Source: Felis catus (Eukaryota). Taken from it: a stretch of 64,000 bases of DNA. The DNA lies in contig NC_058368.1 of assembly GCF_018350175.1 (NCBI RefSeq), positions 207,144,001-207,208,000 of the forward strand, written 5' to 3'. The number at the start of each line of letters is the position of its first letter. The stretch's first letter is position 1. The notes beneath the pieces were generated by a model. That model saw only the letters and a program-made list of their open reading frames with translations, had not been told where the DNA came from and ran no database searches. The position numbers and the translations under genes were made by a program. Below are positions 37,900 to 52,170 of the stretch, one piece after another.

Positions 37900-40800
37900 T
37901 GCCTGAATAAATTTCTTCCTGCTTCTCTCTCAAATACAGACATAAATTACGCTCCCTAGGGTCCTTACAGTACAGACACTGAATAAGTCTTATCATAGTT
38001 CCCTCATTGTCACTCCCAAACTACTTTAATCTTCTTTCAAAACTGCTTCTTTTTTGAAGCACATATCAGAGTGCTTACCACTCTCACTATACCATGATAC
38101 GCCATCTACCAAACTCTCAAAATCTCTCTCATCAATGGATTCTGCTACTCCATTCATTGGTCTTATGACTTTATCATTCACAGATAGCCATGTAACACCC
38201 TGGCCTCTCAGTGCTTGGACTCTTCAGGACCAACAGTCTTTTCCTCCTCTTTACCTAAACTACCCTCACAAACCTTCATCCTTTGATAATTACTTATAGT
38301 CTTATGTCCTATCTCCCTAAGCTAGTTCCAATCTACTGACTCTGCTACTTTTTAAATTATTATTATCCATATCCCCCTTCTAAGTCCCTACCTTTCCCCC
38401 ATCAAGCACAGATTCCATGGTCCAAAACTGTAATGACTCTTTTATAAAAATTCTTTCATCATACTGGACTGGGAAAACCCTAACCCTAGTTAAACTCAAC
38501 TATCTTCTTACTTGATGCAGCTGTCTCCAAGCAGCTAAAAAGCCTGAATACATTGCGGATACTTACTGACTGGACTCACTATAAATTTGTATCCATACTA
38601 ATGGGCATCCAACGGTGTTCTAGTAAATCCACTTTCCTCTCTGAGATGAGTTAACGCCTTGATTTCCTTAAATCTCTAAAGCTCAGATGCCTCCCACATA
38701 CAGTTGTCAAAAACTTCCAACTCATATTTCATTGAAAGGGATAAAATCCTTTCCAAAGCCAATCCTGTCCTCCTGCTACCAATTTTCTCAAACTACCATC
38801 AACCATGCACACACAAATTCTGCTTTCTGTCCTCTTCTAATGGAATTAGGGTCCCTTTTCCTAGCAGACGTCTGTTACTTCCCCTTGTGCCCTAGATCCT
38901 ATCTTTCCCCGCCTTTAAAATAATATTGCTTTTGATTTATCCTCTTTCTCTCCTGCATCACGTTTTTCTCTCTATGCTGGGTCATTTTTCAGATTAGAAT
39001 TATGTACTGATATCTCCCTCATAAAAACAGGCAAACAAAAAGCCTTTTTTGATCCCATGAGAGCTTTCAGCCACATCTGTGTATCTTGGATCTCCTTCAT
39101 AGAAAATTCTTCCCAATACTTGTCTAAACCTATTGTTTTCACTTCCTTAGATCACATTTTCTTCTCAATCCACTGCAGTTGAGCTACCGTCCTCATTATT
39201 TCATTAAATTGGCTTTGTTCAGGGTAACCAATAACCTGAATCTTGTCAAAGCCAATGGCCATTTTTTCTGCCCTCATCTTACTGTGATTCTTCTCTCAAC
39301 AATTGACAGAGTTGGTTTCTCTCTCCTTTTTCCAACACCTTTATTCTTCAATTCTGTGACCATAGTCTAATTTTTCTTCATACTTGAAACTTTTCTCTCT
39401 CTTTTTCTCTTTCTCTTCCCCCTTCTCTTCCTCTCCCTTTATCTGCCTTTCCCAGATTATCCTCCCCCATATGACCTCTATGTTGACCTCTGCGTTGATG
39501 TCCCAAAGCCAAGCTCTATATCTGAGGCCTCATCTTTTCCCATAAATTCTATGCCATTAAATACAGCTGTACACTATGATTTCCAAATTCATATCTTGAT
39601 CTTCAACCTTTGTTTTAATGTTTATTTATTTTTGACAGAGAGAGAGAGAGTATGAGTGGGGGAGAGGCAGAGAGAGCTGGAGGGGCAGAGAGAGCTGGAG
39701 ACACAGAATCTGAAGCAGGCTCCAGGCTCTGAGTTCTCAGCACAGAGCCGGATGCAGGCCTTGAACTCATGAGCTGTGAGATCATGACCTGAGGCGAAGT
39801 TGGATGCTTAACTGACTGAGTCACCCAGGTGCCCCTCAACCTCTTTTGTTTTAAAACATAGACTTGAATATCTAGCTGTTCAATTCATATATGCAGTGGA
39901 TATCCAATAAATATTGTCATGGCTTACTCCTTCACGATCTTTAGGTCTTTCTACAAACATCACCTCCCTGCTGAGACCACCCCCCAAAAATAGGAAAAAG
40001 TAAACCTACTTTAAGACTTCAATTTTCTTTGTAAAGTTAAATTTGTCTTCATAGCAATTATCACCAACTGGTATGTATTATTTATTTATTGTCTCCTTCC
40101 CCACAGCTCAGGAAATCTAGCTTCATAAAGATAGGGACTTATTCTGTTGCTTTCACAGCTATATTTCCAGTGCTAAGAATAATCATGGACTGATAATATG
40201 CACCCAATCAGTATTTGTTGAATTACTATTCCTCATAATACATCTTTCAGAAAATGGCACCACTATATACCTATTTGCTCAGAACAAGAGCCTCCAGAAT
40301 TATACCTGATTCTTCTCTTTCTTTCACCCTCCATATCCCATCCTGTCAATCTAATTCAAAATGCATACCACATCCTAACATTCCTCACTGTCTTAATCGT
40401 TCCCCACTTCCAGTCCAAGGCACCATCCTGTCTCACTGTGCTATTTCTGTAACCTCCTAACCAATATTGCCTCCTGCCCCAAGATATCCCCCCTATACAC
40501 TACAGCTGAGTGATCTTTCTAAATAGCAAATTTTATCCCATCACCCTGTACTTAAAATTCTCTAATGGTTTCCCACTGAACCTATAAAATATTTTAAACC
40601 ATTCAACACAGTATGTGAGATCTTACACAATCTCATCTTTGCTCACATCACCATCTTTATCTCTCCACACTACCCCTTGTCATTTCCTTTGACACACCAT
40701 GAGCATCCCCATCTCCTGTCTCTGTGCTTGGAGCACTTTCCCAGAGTTATTACCTAGTTGATTCCTTCTCACAGCTTGGGTCTTCAATGATACCTCCTCA

Positions 40801-41070
40801 GGTCTTCTGTATTCACCCTTTCCAAAGCAATTACTTTGCCCCTGCCTCCAAGCACTGATGTATTATCATGGGTTTTCTACACATAAGTAGTATCTGAAAT
40901 TTGTTTATTGTATGTCTGTTTTTTTTGCTTTTGGTTAATACCTTTATTTTCACCCAGAAGATTGTAGACCTGTAGTCAGGACCATATTATTTGCTATTCC
41001 ATATCTACTACCTAGAACAATGTCTGACATATGGTAAATGCTCAAGAAATATTTGTTTTCTGATTAACTA
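37900..41070 (+). mobile_element. L2 LINE (long, decayed; interrupted by a SINE and a nested L2 3' end near 39920-40225)
   Basis: pyrimidine-rich L2 text (tcaatccactgcag..agggtaaccaataacc..caaagccaatgg); L2 3' end gctcaagaaatatttgtt. Confidence 0.75.
39611..39835 (-). mobile_element. CanSINE
   Basis: reverse head cacccaggtgcccc; internal ggcagagagagctggag duplication. Confidence 0.9.
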
Positions 41071-41079
41071 AATTCGAGT

Positions 41080-41683
41080 TGTATCACCAGCTAAACCCCA
41101 AGACCTGACTTTTTCTGCTCACCTGCTTGTGCTCATTAACCTTTGTCTTACATTTTTCCTTAAGCTCTTCTTTCTGGCTTACCTCAAAATCAGGCAAATG
41201 AAACTTGAAACCACCCCTCACAGGATAGCGACAGCCCTGACAAGACTTCCCACTGGCCTAGACCATCCAGACCATTTGAGATAAACCCCTGACTCACCTC
41301 ACACCTGCACAGGTGAACATTGGAATGACAACTGGAATGACCCACAATTGCCTTTACTTCGTTACAATACTAAAATCTCTGCCCAAGGAGGAGATTCAGC
41401 CTCATTTATGTAACATCCAATGTATGTATAAGCATGTATCCTTAAGGCTCATACAGAACATTATTTCCTCCTCTACATATGATGACAAGGCTTCCTAACT
41501 AAATATTCATCCTAACCTTAAACAAAGGGTACCCATTCACCCTCTCTTGGGGAGTCACAGCTTTGGAAGCTATTCTCCCATGATCTTTTTATTTGCTGCA
41601 GATAAAGTTTTTTTGTGTGTGACAAGTCACCTAGTATAGCTTCTGTGACTCACCAAAGAGCCAACTCACATTACTTCGGTTAC
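41080..41683 (+). mobile_element. ERV1-class solo LTR (MER34-group-like)
   Basis: TG...ttcggttaCA ends, polyA-signal-like gataaa; left boundary uncertain. Confidence 0.6.
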
Positions 41684-42239
41684 AGTTGGACAACATGGTT
41701 AAATCTCACATTATACCATTAACTCATTTTGTGGCTAAGTAAATAATTTAACATCACTAAATGCTAATTTTCATAATATAACAATAACAGACCTATAAAT
41801 TAGAAGGCTATAATGAACCTCAATTGAGACCACACAAACAAAACTTCTATGTAAACCATAAAATACTATAATTATACTCCAATCACCATCTATACTGATT
41901 GCTTACATTATTAAAACCCTGTAAAGACTAGTTGGAATTTTATACCAAGAATAGGCCAAAAAATAAGTTAAAAAGACACCTTTAGTATTAAAATATATGT
42001 TTTTATGAAATAATACTTGATCTTTGAAATATTATGTTAATGTATTACTCTTTATTTCTATGATAAGGAAATAATATTCAACATTGGTTGTCATGCAATT
42101 TATTATAATTAAGGGGGAACATCCGTAGAGAATTTTGTTCAATGTTCTTAATTAAATTTTGATATCTCAGACAAGATATTATGAAAAATCTACAAGTATG
42201 CCTTACCACCATGACCCTTTTTGACTATATCATTTTGCC

Positions 42240-42420
42240 ATCTGCTTGAACAAATGCCCTGGGTTCAGTCATGGGTAAACCCTTGAGTCAAAAAAGGAAA
42301 TAAAGGCTACACTACAACGAAATGGCAACTGTTACATACAAATTGCCACTCTATCACACAACTAATTAAAGATAAAAGCGACTAACAACAAATTAAAATG
42401 AGAAGTATGTGAAAATACAC
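42240..42420 (+). mobile_element. Putative ancient RTE-clade RT N-terminal fossil
   Basis: EQMPWVQSWVNP*VKKGNK then NCYIQIATLSHN*LKI (cf. QQWPQDWKRSVFIPIPKKGNAK.CSNYRTIALISH..LKI). Confidence 0.45.
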
Positions 42421-43965
42421 AGATTACATTTTGAGTAGTGTGTTGGGAAGGTCTACTGGAAAATTAAATAAGCAGAAACATTCTGCTAAATTGAAAATAA
42501 AACAATGATCTCAAAGCAAAAGTGAGAAGTGTATTCTTGGGTCTAGAATTTATTAACTCTGATGGAATCTTCCACTTCTCTGGGGATCAATTTCTTTCTC
42601 CATAAAAAAAATGAAAGGTGTAGAACCTGACCTAGATGACCCCCAAGGTGTTTCATCTTCTGGCATTGGTATTCCATGAACATTTGAGAGACCAGCTCCT
42701 GGATGGTAGGAGCTACAGACCAGAAAAGGACAGTGATAGAAGCTGGAAGGAGCTATCAGAGCCCAGGCACACATAGCATTTAGTAAGAAGGATATCTGGG
42801 TAGGCCCAGATTCAACTGCTAGCTTTAAGGTAAACTCTCTGAATGACCTCTGGGAATTTTTGCTTTAGTTTGGTCCCCAAACTCCAGAGCGTTTTCAAAA
42901 TTATATGAGATAAGTGTGGGAAAGCACCTTTTTGTCTTGGAAAATTCCAAAGGATAATTATAAATACCTTCTAGAGCTCATAATCTCAGTGTTGCTCATG
43001 GGTATTTATTTAAATATTTGCCCAGATTCTGCTATCATAGATGGTATCAGAGATGACAGATTGCCTCTCTATTTATCAGGCTCTAAAAAGAATGTGCACA
43101 CTTTGACACAGTATGTTGGGAAAATCAGAACTCCCTAAGTGAAAAGAAAACAACTGTGAACTCTGTGATATTAAAGAAATATAACTCCAATGAGACATGG
43201 ATTTAAAGACATTTATCTTCAGTAGATGTAGTTTTTTCTACATTAGGTGAATTAAAATTGCATGGAAATTTCCTGGAGATTTTGTGCTTTTTTTGTTTTC
43301 CCACAAATTCACTTGAGTAACTGAGTAATTATGGCTTTTTTACACTTTGTGTTTCCCCAAATTTTCATCCCCCAAACTAACAGCAATTTAACTAATGACA
43401 TTTTTAAGTTCAGTGGTAAACATAGGCAATCCAAAGTAAGTATAATTGCCAGGGAGAAAAATGTCTGGGCTCCAGGTTTAGTCTAGCCTTGCCACATGGT
43501 ATTTGCTAAAAAGCCAGTCTCTTACCTATGTCAATTAATCAAAATGTTATGCTCTGAATCTGGAAATTTAGTGGTCAAATGTTCTAACAAAGAAAAACAT
43601 TGTATTCTATAGAAAAAGCATTAAAAATTAAATCAAGATTTTTAATTTAATTATCCTTTTTCTCTCTTCGTATATATACATACATGTACAAAATACATTA
43701 TTTTAATACGAACATATGAGATGAATTATCATTTTTCTGTTGATATAGAATGCATATATTTTTCACAGGACTTATATAATGATCAAATTTGTAATTTACC
43801 TCAAGCTCATATTTTTAGTCAAACTCAAAATAGCTAAGATAAAAACTATTATAAATATGAGATATCACATACAAAATATAAGTATAAAGTACAGTGCAGG
43901 TTAAAGTAGACTAACTGACCACCATGGATTTGAATTCACTTAAAAATGTCATTAAAAATAAAGTA

Positions 43966-44170
43966 GGGTCCCTGGATGGCTCAGTCGGTTGAGCAATCAA
44001 CTTGATTTAGGCTCAGGTCATGATGCCAGGGTCGTGAGATCAAGCCCCGCATTGGGCTCCACACTGAGTTTGGAGCCTGCTTAAGATTCCTTCTCTCCCC
44101 CTGCTCCTCTCCCCCCATTCATGCTCTCTCTCTCTCTTTCTTAATTAATTAATTAAATAAGTAAGTAAAA
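43966..44170 (+). mobile_element. CanSINE
   Basis: head, core, CT tract. Confidence 0.9.
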
Positions 44171-44479
44171 ATACTCAGAAATGGGTGTTAAACACATGTA
44201 ACCATCTTACCACACAGCTTCTGTTTTCAACTTCCCAGAGACACAAAAAGGAAATGGGAGACAAAGGCAAAAAGAAAAGATGGCAGAATGAATACAACTG
44301 AGAGAGGAGGTTCAAGAAAGCAAGGGAGGAAAAGGCAGTAAAAGAAGGAGAACATGGAGAAAATAAGGGGGAATAATGAGGCTGTAAGACGCGCTACAGT
44401 TAAGTATATTGATGATTTTTCTTTCCATGACTTCCTGCTTGATACTTTATGTTTGATTAAAAAAAAAAAAAAGGTTTAG

Positions 44480-44767
44480 TGTTTTCCAATGATTTTGCAT
44501 CACAGGAACTGGGTTTCTTCTTCCTTTCAACTCACAGTAAAGCAAGCGGTGGTGGACATGATTTTTCATATTGTTGCCTCTTCTCCAAATCCAGTAGATC
44601 TTTACACAGAAGACAAGTGTCAACTTCCAAGATGGTACACTTACACACTGATCATCTTTTCTGTAGGTTCTGACAGATATTACCCAGGCTCATGCACCCA
44701 ATGGTGAAACGAGCTTGATAATCTTCGTATAAGCTAATACCATGGCATATGCACCTCTTCACATGTT
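44480..44767 (-). mobile_element. Putative ancient RTE-clade post-RT fossil
   Basis: IRRLSSSFHH ... HHRLLYCELKGRRNPVPVMQNHWK (cf. IRRLESFHHRC...KRLLYGELKG.R..G..KRWK). Confidence 0.5.
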
Positions 44768-44977
44768 CTTGATAAAAACACACAGAGAAATGAATAGTGC
44801 AGGCAAAATGAGATGATGAGACTCTTTTAACTTTTATTGTTGGCATTTTAGTTTATTTGGCTTGACTTTTTTTTTTAAGGGCTAGGGTTGACTTATGGAA
44901 AGCATGGTGGGGAAAAAAAAAATTGGGTCCTGGGGTTGACTCAGCCCTTAACTAGCTTTAAGAATCTAGATATTGCT

Positions 44978-45210
44978 GGGGGCACTTGGGTGGCTCAGTT
45001 GGTTAAGCGACCGACTTCAGCTCAGGTCATGATCTCGTGGTTTGTGAATTCAAGCCCTGCGTCAGGTTCTGCACGGACAGTCAGAACCTGGAGCCCATTT
45101 TGGATTCTCTGTCTCCGTCTCTCTCTCTCTGTCTCCACCCCCCCCCCCCCCCCACCGCTGATGGTCTATCTCTCTTTCCTTCAAAAATAAATATTTAAAA
45201 AATTTTAAAA
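44978..45210 (+). mobile_element. CanSINE with poly-C expansion
   Basis: TSD aatctagatattgct on both sides. Confidence 0.9.
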
Positions 45211-47152
45211 AATCTAGATATTGCTCAATGAGCAGTTTATTTTCAATATATAAATTAAAAATGTAGTATTTCCATACTGGCTCCTTAATTATTTATTTAT
45301 TTATTTATTTTACCGTAAAACAAATACCAAAATGTTGGTAATTATTACTATTTTTTTGTGGTAATGCTACCAACCACATAGTGGTATAATAATCTATTTC
45401 CGATTAAACCTATTTCTTCTGTACTGATTTGTCCTGTTTAAGGGAGTGTTTTGGTATAATTGACCTCCTTTGGGCCTATCCTTCCTCAATTGTAATTTTT
45501 TTCTTTCACTGGCAATTGATTTCCAATTCCCTTTGTTACAATGATTTAGCTTCTGGAATCTCTATGCAAACCTGTACATTTAGCTTCTGGAATCTGTATT
45601 CAAACCTGTAACTCGGCTTGCATAGACCATGAACTGTTCCTCACATTTGAGAGAGGGAAGAGAGTTAAACTAACCTATTTATAATAACAACCTTGTGTTG
45701 CTACGAGATGTGCCATGGCAGAACTGAAAATCATTATCTTTGTCATGAGAACAGAAGGTATAAATAAGGTGACCAGAGAAGTTTTACTGCTGTTAGCAAC
45801 AGATGCAGAAGAGCAAAACAGCTATTCCAATAATACTACCCATATGCTGGTGCGAACAAAAGAAAGATCTAGCAGTCCCAGGCTAAGTGAATTAGTGCTC
45901 CTCGTGATGCCATTGCCCAGGGCTGGGTTTTGTTCTTTTTCTGTGATGTCTTTTCAGTGCCAAACATGTTGTCAGTTCCCATTAACAAAGAGCCAGGCTG
46001 CCTAGAGTCTGGGTTAGACCTATTCTAAGGATGGCAATTGCCTTATTCTCAGGTTATTAATGTGATATATCCTTAGGCCTTGGATGCCCCTTGGGGTCCA
46101 AACAGTGCAAATAGGTTTTGGTTTGCTTTTCACTTTAGTTTTGAAAGCCACCACTCTTTTCCCTGCCACCACCTCTAGCTAGAATTTTGTCATTCTTCCT
46201 TCATCATTTGTTCCTCTTCCCCAAAACATGAAATGTAAAAGGTTGACCCTGCCCGTGAGTGCACTAGGTAGTTGTACGTGGCTGAAGGCTGAGGGAAGAA
46301 GGCTGTGAAGTTGCATTTTAACTCACAAGCCCATGACTGTGGGATTTGTACTTTTTTTTCTAGCACATTTGATGTGATTGATGAACAAGTCTCCTTTTCA
46401 CACACAGCTTCATCCCCAGGGTTTCCTGCTTATTCACATCAACATTGATAATAGTCTTTAAACAAAATAGAAATCCTATTCTGGTCAATGTGGAGTCACA
46501 AAGGAAGAGAAACATTTGCTTATTTTTGCCTAGTTACTAGAGATATAATATGGCTTGCCTACATGTGTACCTGAATGTCAAGATTTCAAAAACAGTTCGT
46601 TTGCTCTGATTGGTTTCTCCAATAACCTCCGCATATTTGTCATGCTGTAGATAAGATTTTGGTAGTCCACATTTACCCACTCATAAATCAACTACTGATT
46701 TGAGACTAATGTTACATGCAGTATATTATAGTAAATACTGTGGGGAGTACAAAAATGAATTAGTATATTTATCAAATGGATCCAAGTCCGATAGAGGAGA
46801 TTAATACCTACATATAAACAATTTTGTACATGCTTTGTAAGGAGAATGTGGTTACCACTGATTTAGCTCAAGCTAGAAGTCTCTACATCATCCTCAATTT
46901 TCTTTTTACGTCATATCATACAACATTGGTTGCACAATGCAACAACACTCTGCACAATTTTTTTTAAATATTCTTGAATGTTTCCCTTCTTTTCACTACC
47001 AATGTATTAATTCATAAACTTAAACTTTCTCATTTGATTGATTGCAATGAGTTGGTTGTTTGATTATTCTGGAAGCTGTAGGGAGCCATTGGAAGATTCA
47101 AAAGAGAGGGACTATGTGATTATGCCTACTCCTTAAAAAAGTAGTATTGTTG

Positions 47153-47838
47153 AATCAGGAGACTATAGATGCTGGAGAGGATGTGGAGAAACGGGAACCC
47201 TCTTGCACTGTTGGTGGGAATGCAAACTGGTGCAGCCGCTCTGGAAAACAGTGTGGAGGTTCCTCAAAAAATTAAAAATAGACCTACCCTATGACCCAGC
47301 AGTAGCACTGCTAGGAATTTACCCAAGGAATACAGGAGTACTGATGCATAGGGGCACTTGTACCCCAATGTTTATAGCAGCACTCTCAACAATAGCCAAA
47401 TTATGGAAAGAGCCTAAATGTCCATCAACTGATGAATGGATAAAGAAATTGTGGTTTATATACACAATGGAATACTACGTGGCAATGAGAAAAATTGAAA
47501 TATGGCCCTTTGTAGCAACATGAATGGAACTGAAGAGTGTTATGCTAAGTGAAATAAGCCATACAGAGAAAGACAGATACCACATGTTTTCACTCTTATG
47601 TGGATCCTGAGAAACTTAACAGAAACCCATGGGGGAGGGGAAGGAAAAAAAAGGAGGTTAGAGTGGGAGAGAGCCAAAGCATAAGAGACTCTTAAAAACT
47701 GAGAACAAACTGAGGGTTGATGGGGGGTGGGAGGGAAGGGAGGGTGGGTGATTGGTATTGAGGAGGGCAACTTTTGGGATGAGCACTGGGTGTTGTATGG
47801 AAACCAATTTGACAATAAACTTCATATATTGAAAAAAA
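47153..47838 (+). mobile_element. Young felid L1 3' end, 5'-truncated
   Basis: ORF2 C-terminus ([11 protein letters not shown]), 3' UTR; TSD aaaaaagtagtattgttg / aaaaaaatagcattgttg after TT. Confidence 0.95.
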
Positions 47839-48542
47839 TAGCATTGTTGTTAATTTAGGGTCTGGATCATAAATCCTTTGAAGAAATTTCAATCCCATTG
47901 GTGAAGAAAAAGAATAAAGCAGTTAAATCAGAAATCAATTGAAATATGGAATTACCAGAAACTTAATTGTCACAGACATACTCTCAAGTACCCCAGTTTG
48001 GAACCTTGGCCTGTAAGGAAAGGGTATCACAATGGGAAAAAGCCAAGTCAAAGCCTAGAAAACTATCCCCCCTATTCCTGGCCAAGCTATCAAATTAAAA
48101 ACATTATCCTTTCCAAGAAAAGGACTTATTGGCATTACCAAATGATTTAGTTAGCTAGTCAAAGGCCTAGAAGAAATATTGGAAGATCCAGGAAAAAGAT
48201 AACTAGGATAAAGGTGTATGGCTAGACCTATTAGAGAAGGCTAGATATGAAGTTTTTTGTGTCATATGTTAACACATACAAGAAATCAACCATTACTTGT
48301 AGAGGCACCAAACCACAACATATACAAGATGATCTGGCAAGCTGACGTTAGTCAATGTCTGTCACTGGCCACTCTAATGCTGGCATAATAGGCACATGAA
48401 GGAAAGATGGCCACAATGGCAAAAATGGACCAAAGCTGATATAACTACTGCTACCACTGAATGTCCAAATTGCCAACAAGAACAGAGAAACAATAGTGTT
48501 CTCAGTAGGGAATAACACTGAATCCAATTATGATGCCATTCC

Positions 48543-48771
48543 TGCAGCCACTATGGAAAACGGTATGGTGGCTTCTCAAAAGATTAAAGACAGAACTACC
48601 ATATGATCCAGTGATATCACTGCCCACTTTGAGTATAAATCCAAAAGAATTGAAATCAGAATCTCAAAGAGATATTATCACTCCTATATTCACAATAGCT
48701 AAGATGTGGAAACAATCTAAATGTCCATCAACAGATGAATGGATAAAGAAAAAATGATACACACACATGCG

Positions 48772-48813
<42 letters not shown>

Positions 48814-49170
48814 GGGATAATCTTCAGCCTTAAAGAAGGAAACCCATATATAGGACAACATGGATGAACCTTGAAAACATTATGCTAAATGAAATACACC
48901 AGACACAGAAAGACAAGTACTGCATTGTTCAAATTATAGGAGATACCTAAGTAGTCAAATCATAAAACCAAAGACTGGAATGATGGTTACCAGAGATTGG
49001 GGGAGGTTGAAATGGAGAGTTGTTAATCAACAGGCATAAAGTTTCAGGTAAGTAAGCTGAGTAATTTCTAGAGATTTTCTATCTACAGTCAACAATAATG
49101 TATCGAACACTTAACATTTGTTAAGAGGCTATATTTTAAGTTTCTTATCACAATAAAATAAATTAAAAAG
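48543..49170 (+). mobile_element. Older L1 (L1MA-like) 3' end nested in the ERVL
   Basis: [25 protein letters not shown]; 3' UTR and A tail; internal (CA)n. Confidence 0.85.
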
Positions 49171-49995
49171 GAATACACACACACAAGCACACACTATATG
49201 GCACCATTTCTCAAGGAGACCAACTAGCCACATGATGCATCATTCATCATTAGTGCACAAGCCAGCTATCTGCTTTGATAGAAATATATATTCTTGGTAT
49301 GGGTTTTTCTTTCCTGCCTACAGAGTTGCAGTATCACTATCCAAGGGCTTATAAAATATTTGATTTACTGATATAGAATCTCACATACAATCACAACAGA
49401 TCAGGTAACCCACTTTACCATAAAAAATATGGAAGTGAGGATGGGCCCATGCCATGGAATCTACTAATCATGTCACATATCACACCATCCAGAAACTGCT
49501 GGCTTCACAAAATGCTGGCACAACCTTCTGGAGTCATAGCTGAAGCATCAGCTCAGATCTTCTTCTTTCTGAGAATAGTGCCTATGTACTCTAAGATGCA
49601 GTATGTACCTTGAATCAAATAACTTTATATAGTGCTATGACTCCAAGAGGAAGAATACATAGCTCCAAGAACCAAGTGGTATGAACAGGAGTGGTGCTAC
49701 CTACCTTCACTTCCAATAATCCACTTGGTGAACTTGTTCTTCTCATACCCACAGCCCTGGGCTTAATAATTAAGAGTTCATGGTCCCTAAAAAGAGGATA
49801 CTTTCTTCAGGGGACACAGAAAGAGCCCCATTGATCTATAAATTATGGCTGCTCTCTGAGACCGGAACCAGCAGTAAGAAGAGTCAGCAGACTGACGAGC
49901 ACTGAACCCCTACCAATGCGAGGAAGTAAGGCTGCCTACACAATGAAGGCAGGGAGGAATATATTTGATCTCAGACTAAAGAATCTCTTGTTATT

Positions 49996-50751
49996 TGTCG
50001 TAGACTCTGGGTCTGGAGTTCTCTCCTGTCCAGCAAGAGAGCAGATGCAGGATTAAAATGCGAGAGAGACTAATGTCTGGGAGGAGACAAGAGCCCCAAG
50101 TAAGGGACCTTGCTCCATTTTCATTAGGATCAGAAGGCTTACAAGCATGACAGACGTGCGTGCACAAAGAGACAATGAAACCGTGAACATTGTGAACACT
50201 AACTCCTGGCCGTGGAGGAATGAGGGTTTTGAAGATATGCGGTGTCAGGGGTTTGGGTCAATACAAAACAAAATCCTGGCACCAGGCAGATGGTTGTTTA
50301 CCGCAGACAGCAGGCACCACCTCTGTTTTACCTAAACTTGCCTAGGGGACAAGAAATACAGCAGGCTCCCTCAGGTCTACAAGGCACCTTTCTTTTGCTA
50401 ATTAGCTCAGTTCTGGGCAATTTAGCCCCTCTGCTGTCTAAAGTCCTGTCCTCCTGTGTTTGTCCTTCCTTCCTGTGAAAGCAGCTTTCTGCTCTTGTTA
50501 TTAAGTTGAGGGCACTTCTGCCCTGAATACCTAATCTTGTTTACCTAATCTTGGTTGCTTTCATCCCAAGTTTTCCTATTTCTATACCTTTGTCCTATAC
50601 TGGGGGCCTTTGCCCTGTTTACCCTAATATTATTTACCTAATCTTGTTTACCTAATCTTGGAAGCTTTCATCCTGTGGCTTTTTATTTCTTTATGCCTTG
50701 TTCACCCATGGGTACAAGCTCCGAGAATTCCTAAACTCATTCCCTGGAGCT
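49996..50751 (-). mobile_element. Carnivore ERV LTR nested in the ERVL
   Basis: TG start, CpG retention, internal tandem tacctaatcttg repeats; strand and right end uncertain. Confidence 0.6.
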
Positions 50752-51799
50752 ATTCCCTTGCCTTATTGTTTTGTTAAATGGAAAAGTACCGCTCTCACAG
50801 TCTGAGAAGCCCTGGTGATCACAGTCTCAGACCCCTCAGGGATATGGTCTTAGGATAGACACCTGATAAGCCAGTAAGGCCAGTAAAGGTGTTCACTGAA
50901 GTGAAGGAAATCTAGAATGAACAGTGGAGGAGGAAGACTATGGCAATTTGTGAAGAAAAGTCAATGCCATCGAGGGAGCTATAGTTTGGCCACTCACCTC
51001 CTTGTCTTAACATTTCTCTCAGGAAGAGAGGCCCGAACAAGTGCTTAGTACACTTCTTCCCTAAATGTATAAGAAGTGAATCCAGGCAGTGCAGATGTAG
51101 ACTGGGGTGGACATGGTGATATAACACTCACATCGCCTCCGAGAAGGGACATGCTGCCCAGCCTCAGGGAGCTTGTCAGAAGACAGTCTCCAGCTCTCAG
51201 ACGCTTCAGGGACTGCCTCATCTGAAGAGAGTCAGCCTTCTCATACTTACGTCCTTTCTAAGGGGGGTGGGGAGGGGTCCGTGTTCAATAACTGAAAGAG
51301 GTGAGGATCATCTCTCCTATTCAACACTGCATGGGTTGCTTTGACTCTGCAGCTCCCTGGAGGATGCTGTTAGGAGGCCTGTACTGCAACTTGACTTTTC
51401 CTTGTGTTCTCTACACTCTGCTTCAGACTATGGACCCCAGAAAACCCAAATTTTAAGAAGAGCTATACAGTGATAGAGTTTTTAAAAATGCCCTTTAAAT
51501 GATTTGGAAAGTTTGTATAATACTAAGAAAAGGCAAACAAGTGATAAATTCCCTTGGAGGTGGGAGCATGTTTTATTCATCTTTATATTTTTATACCTGT
51601 GTGGTAGCTGATATAGTGCACTAAATTGAAATGAATTGAATCATACTGAATTGGAAGGCTGGAAGAATAAATAATATTCAGTAATATATCATAGTCAATA
51701 ATTTTCCCTTTCATAATTAGTCACCCTTACTTGTTTCTGGTTCCTTACTTGCTTTCAGAGAACGAAGTGTGAGATAATTATCCATCACCTCATTGAGAA

Positions 51800-52170
51800 A
51801 TTGCATTCCTCCTGTTGAAGGAATCCTTTCCCCAATCCTCATATTTCCTTGAGGAAATATCGATTAAATTTATGACCATTCTTTTCACCCCAGTCTTTGA
51901 CTTGTGAGGTTGGGAGAAGTTGTCTGTGCAGTGCAATCCCTCCTCTATTTGGAAGAAGTGGCCAAGAGCAGGCACACTTCTTTTGGCCTATTTTATGAGA
52001 AGTCTCCCCCTATGGTGAAGGCTGTTGAATCTAGGACTATTTGGGTAATTCTTCCAATTTGAGGTAATATGAATAAGTTTTAGGAAGTCTATTTGGCTCT
52101 TATTCCACGTCATATTCTCCAAAACCGACTCTACCAATCATAACAGTGATATTTTAATGTCCATCAGTTG
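51800..52170 (-). mobile_element. Putative ancient RTE-clade post-RT fossil
   Basis: single frame with 2 stops: SLL*LVES..SQIDFLKLI..NWKNY..LGHFFQIEEG. Confidence 0.35.

Larger units (their letters stand above)
47900..51450 (+). mobile_element. ERVL-class provirus remnant (ERV3-16A3-like internal region plus LTR16-like 3' LTR from about 51110)
   Basis: integrase-core-like text at 49290-49550 (ggtatgggtttttctttcctgcc..cactatccaagggctt..caccatccagaaactgctggc); purine tract before the LTR. Confidence 0.65.

Noticed and set aside
44489..44707. Plus-strand 72-aa ORF as a host exon
   Set aside because: No recognisable protein and a weak donor; the opposite strand has the better RTE-like match.
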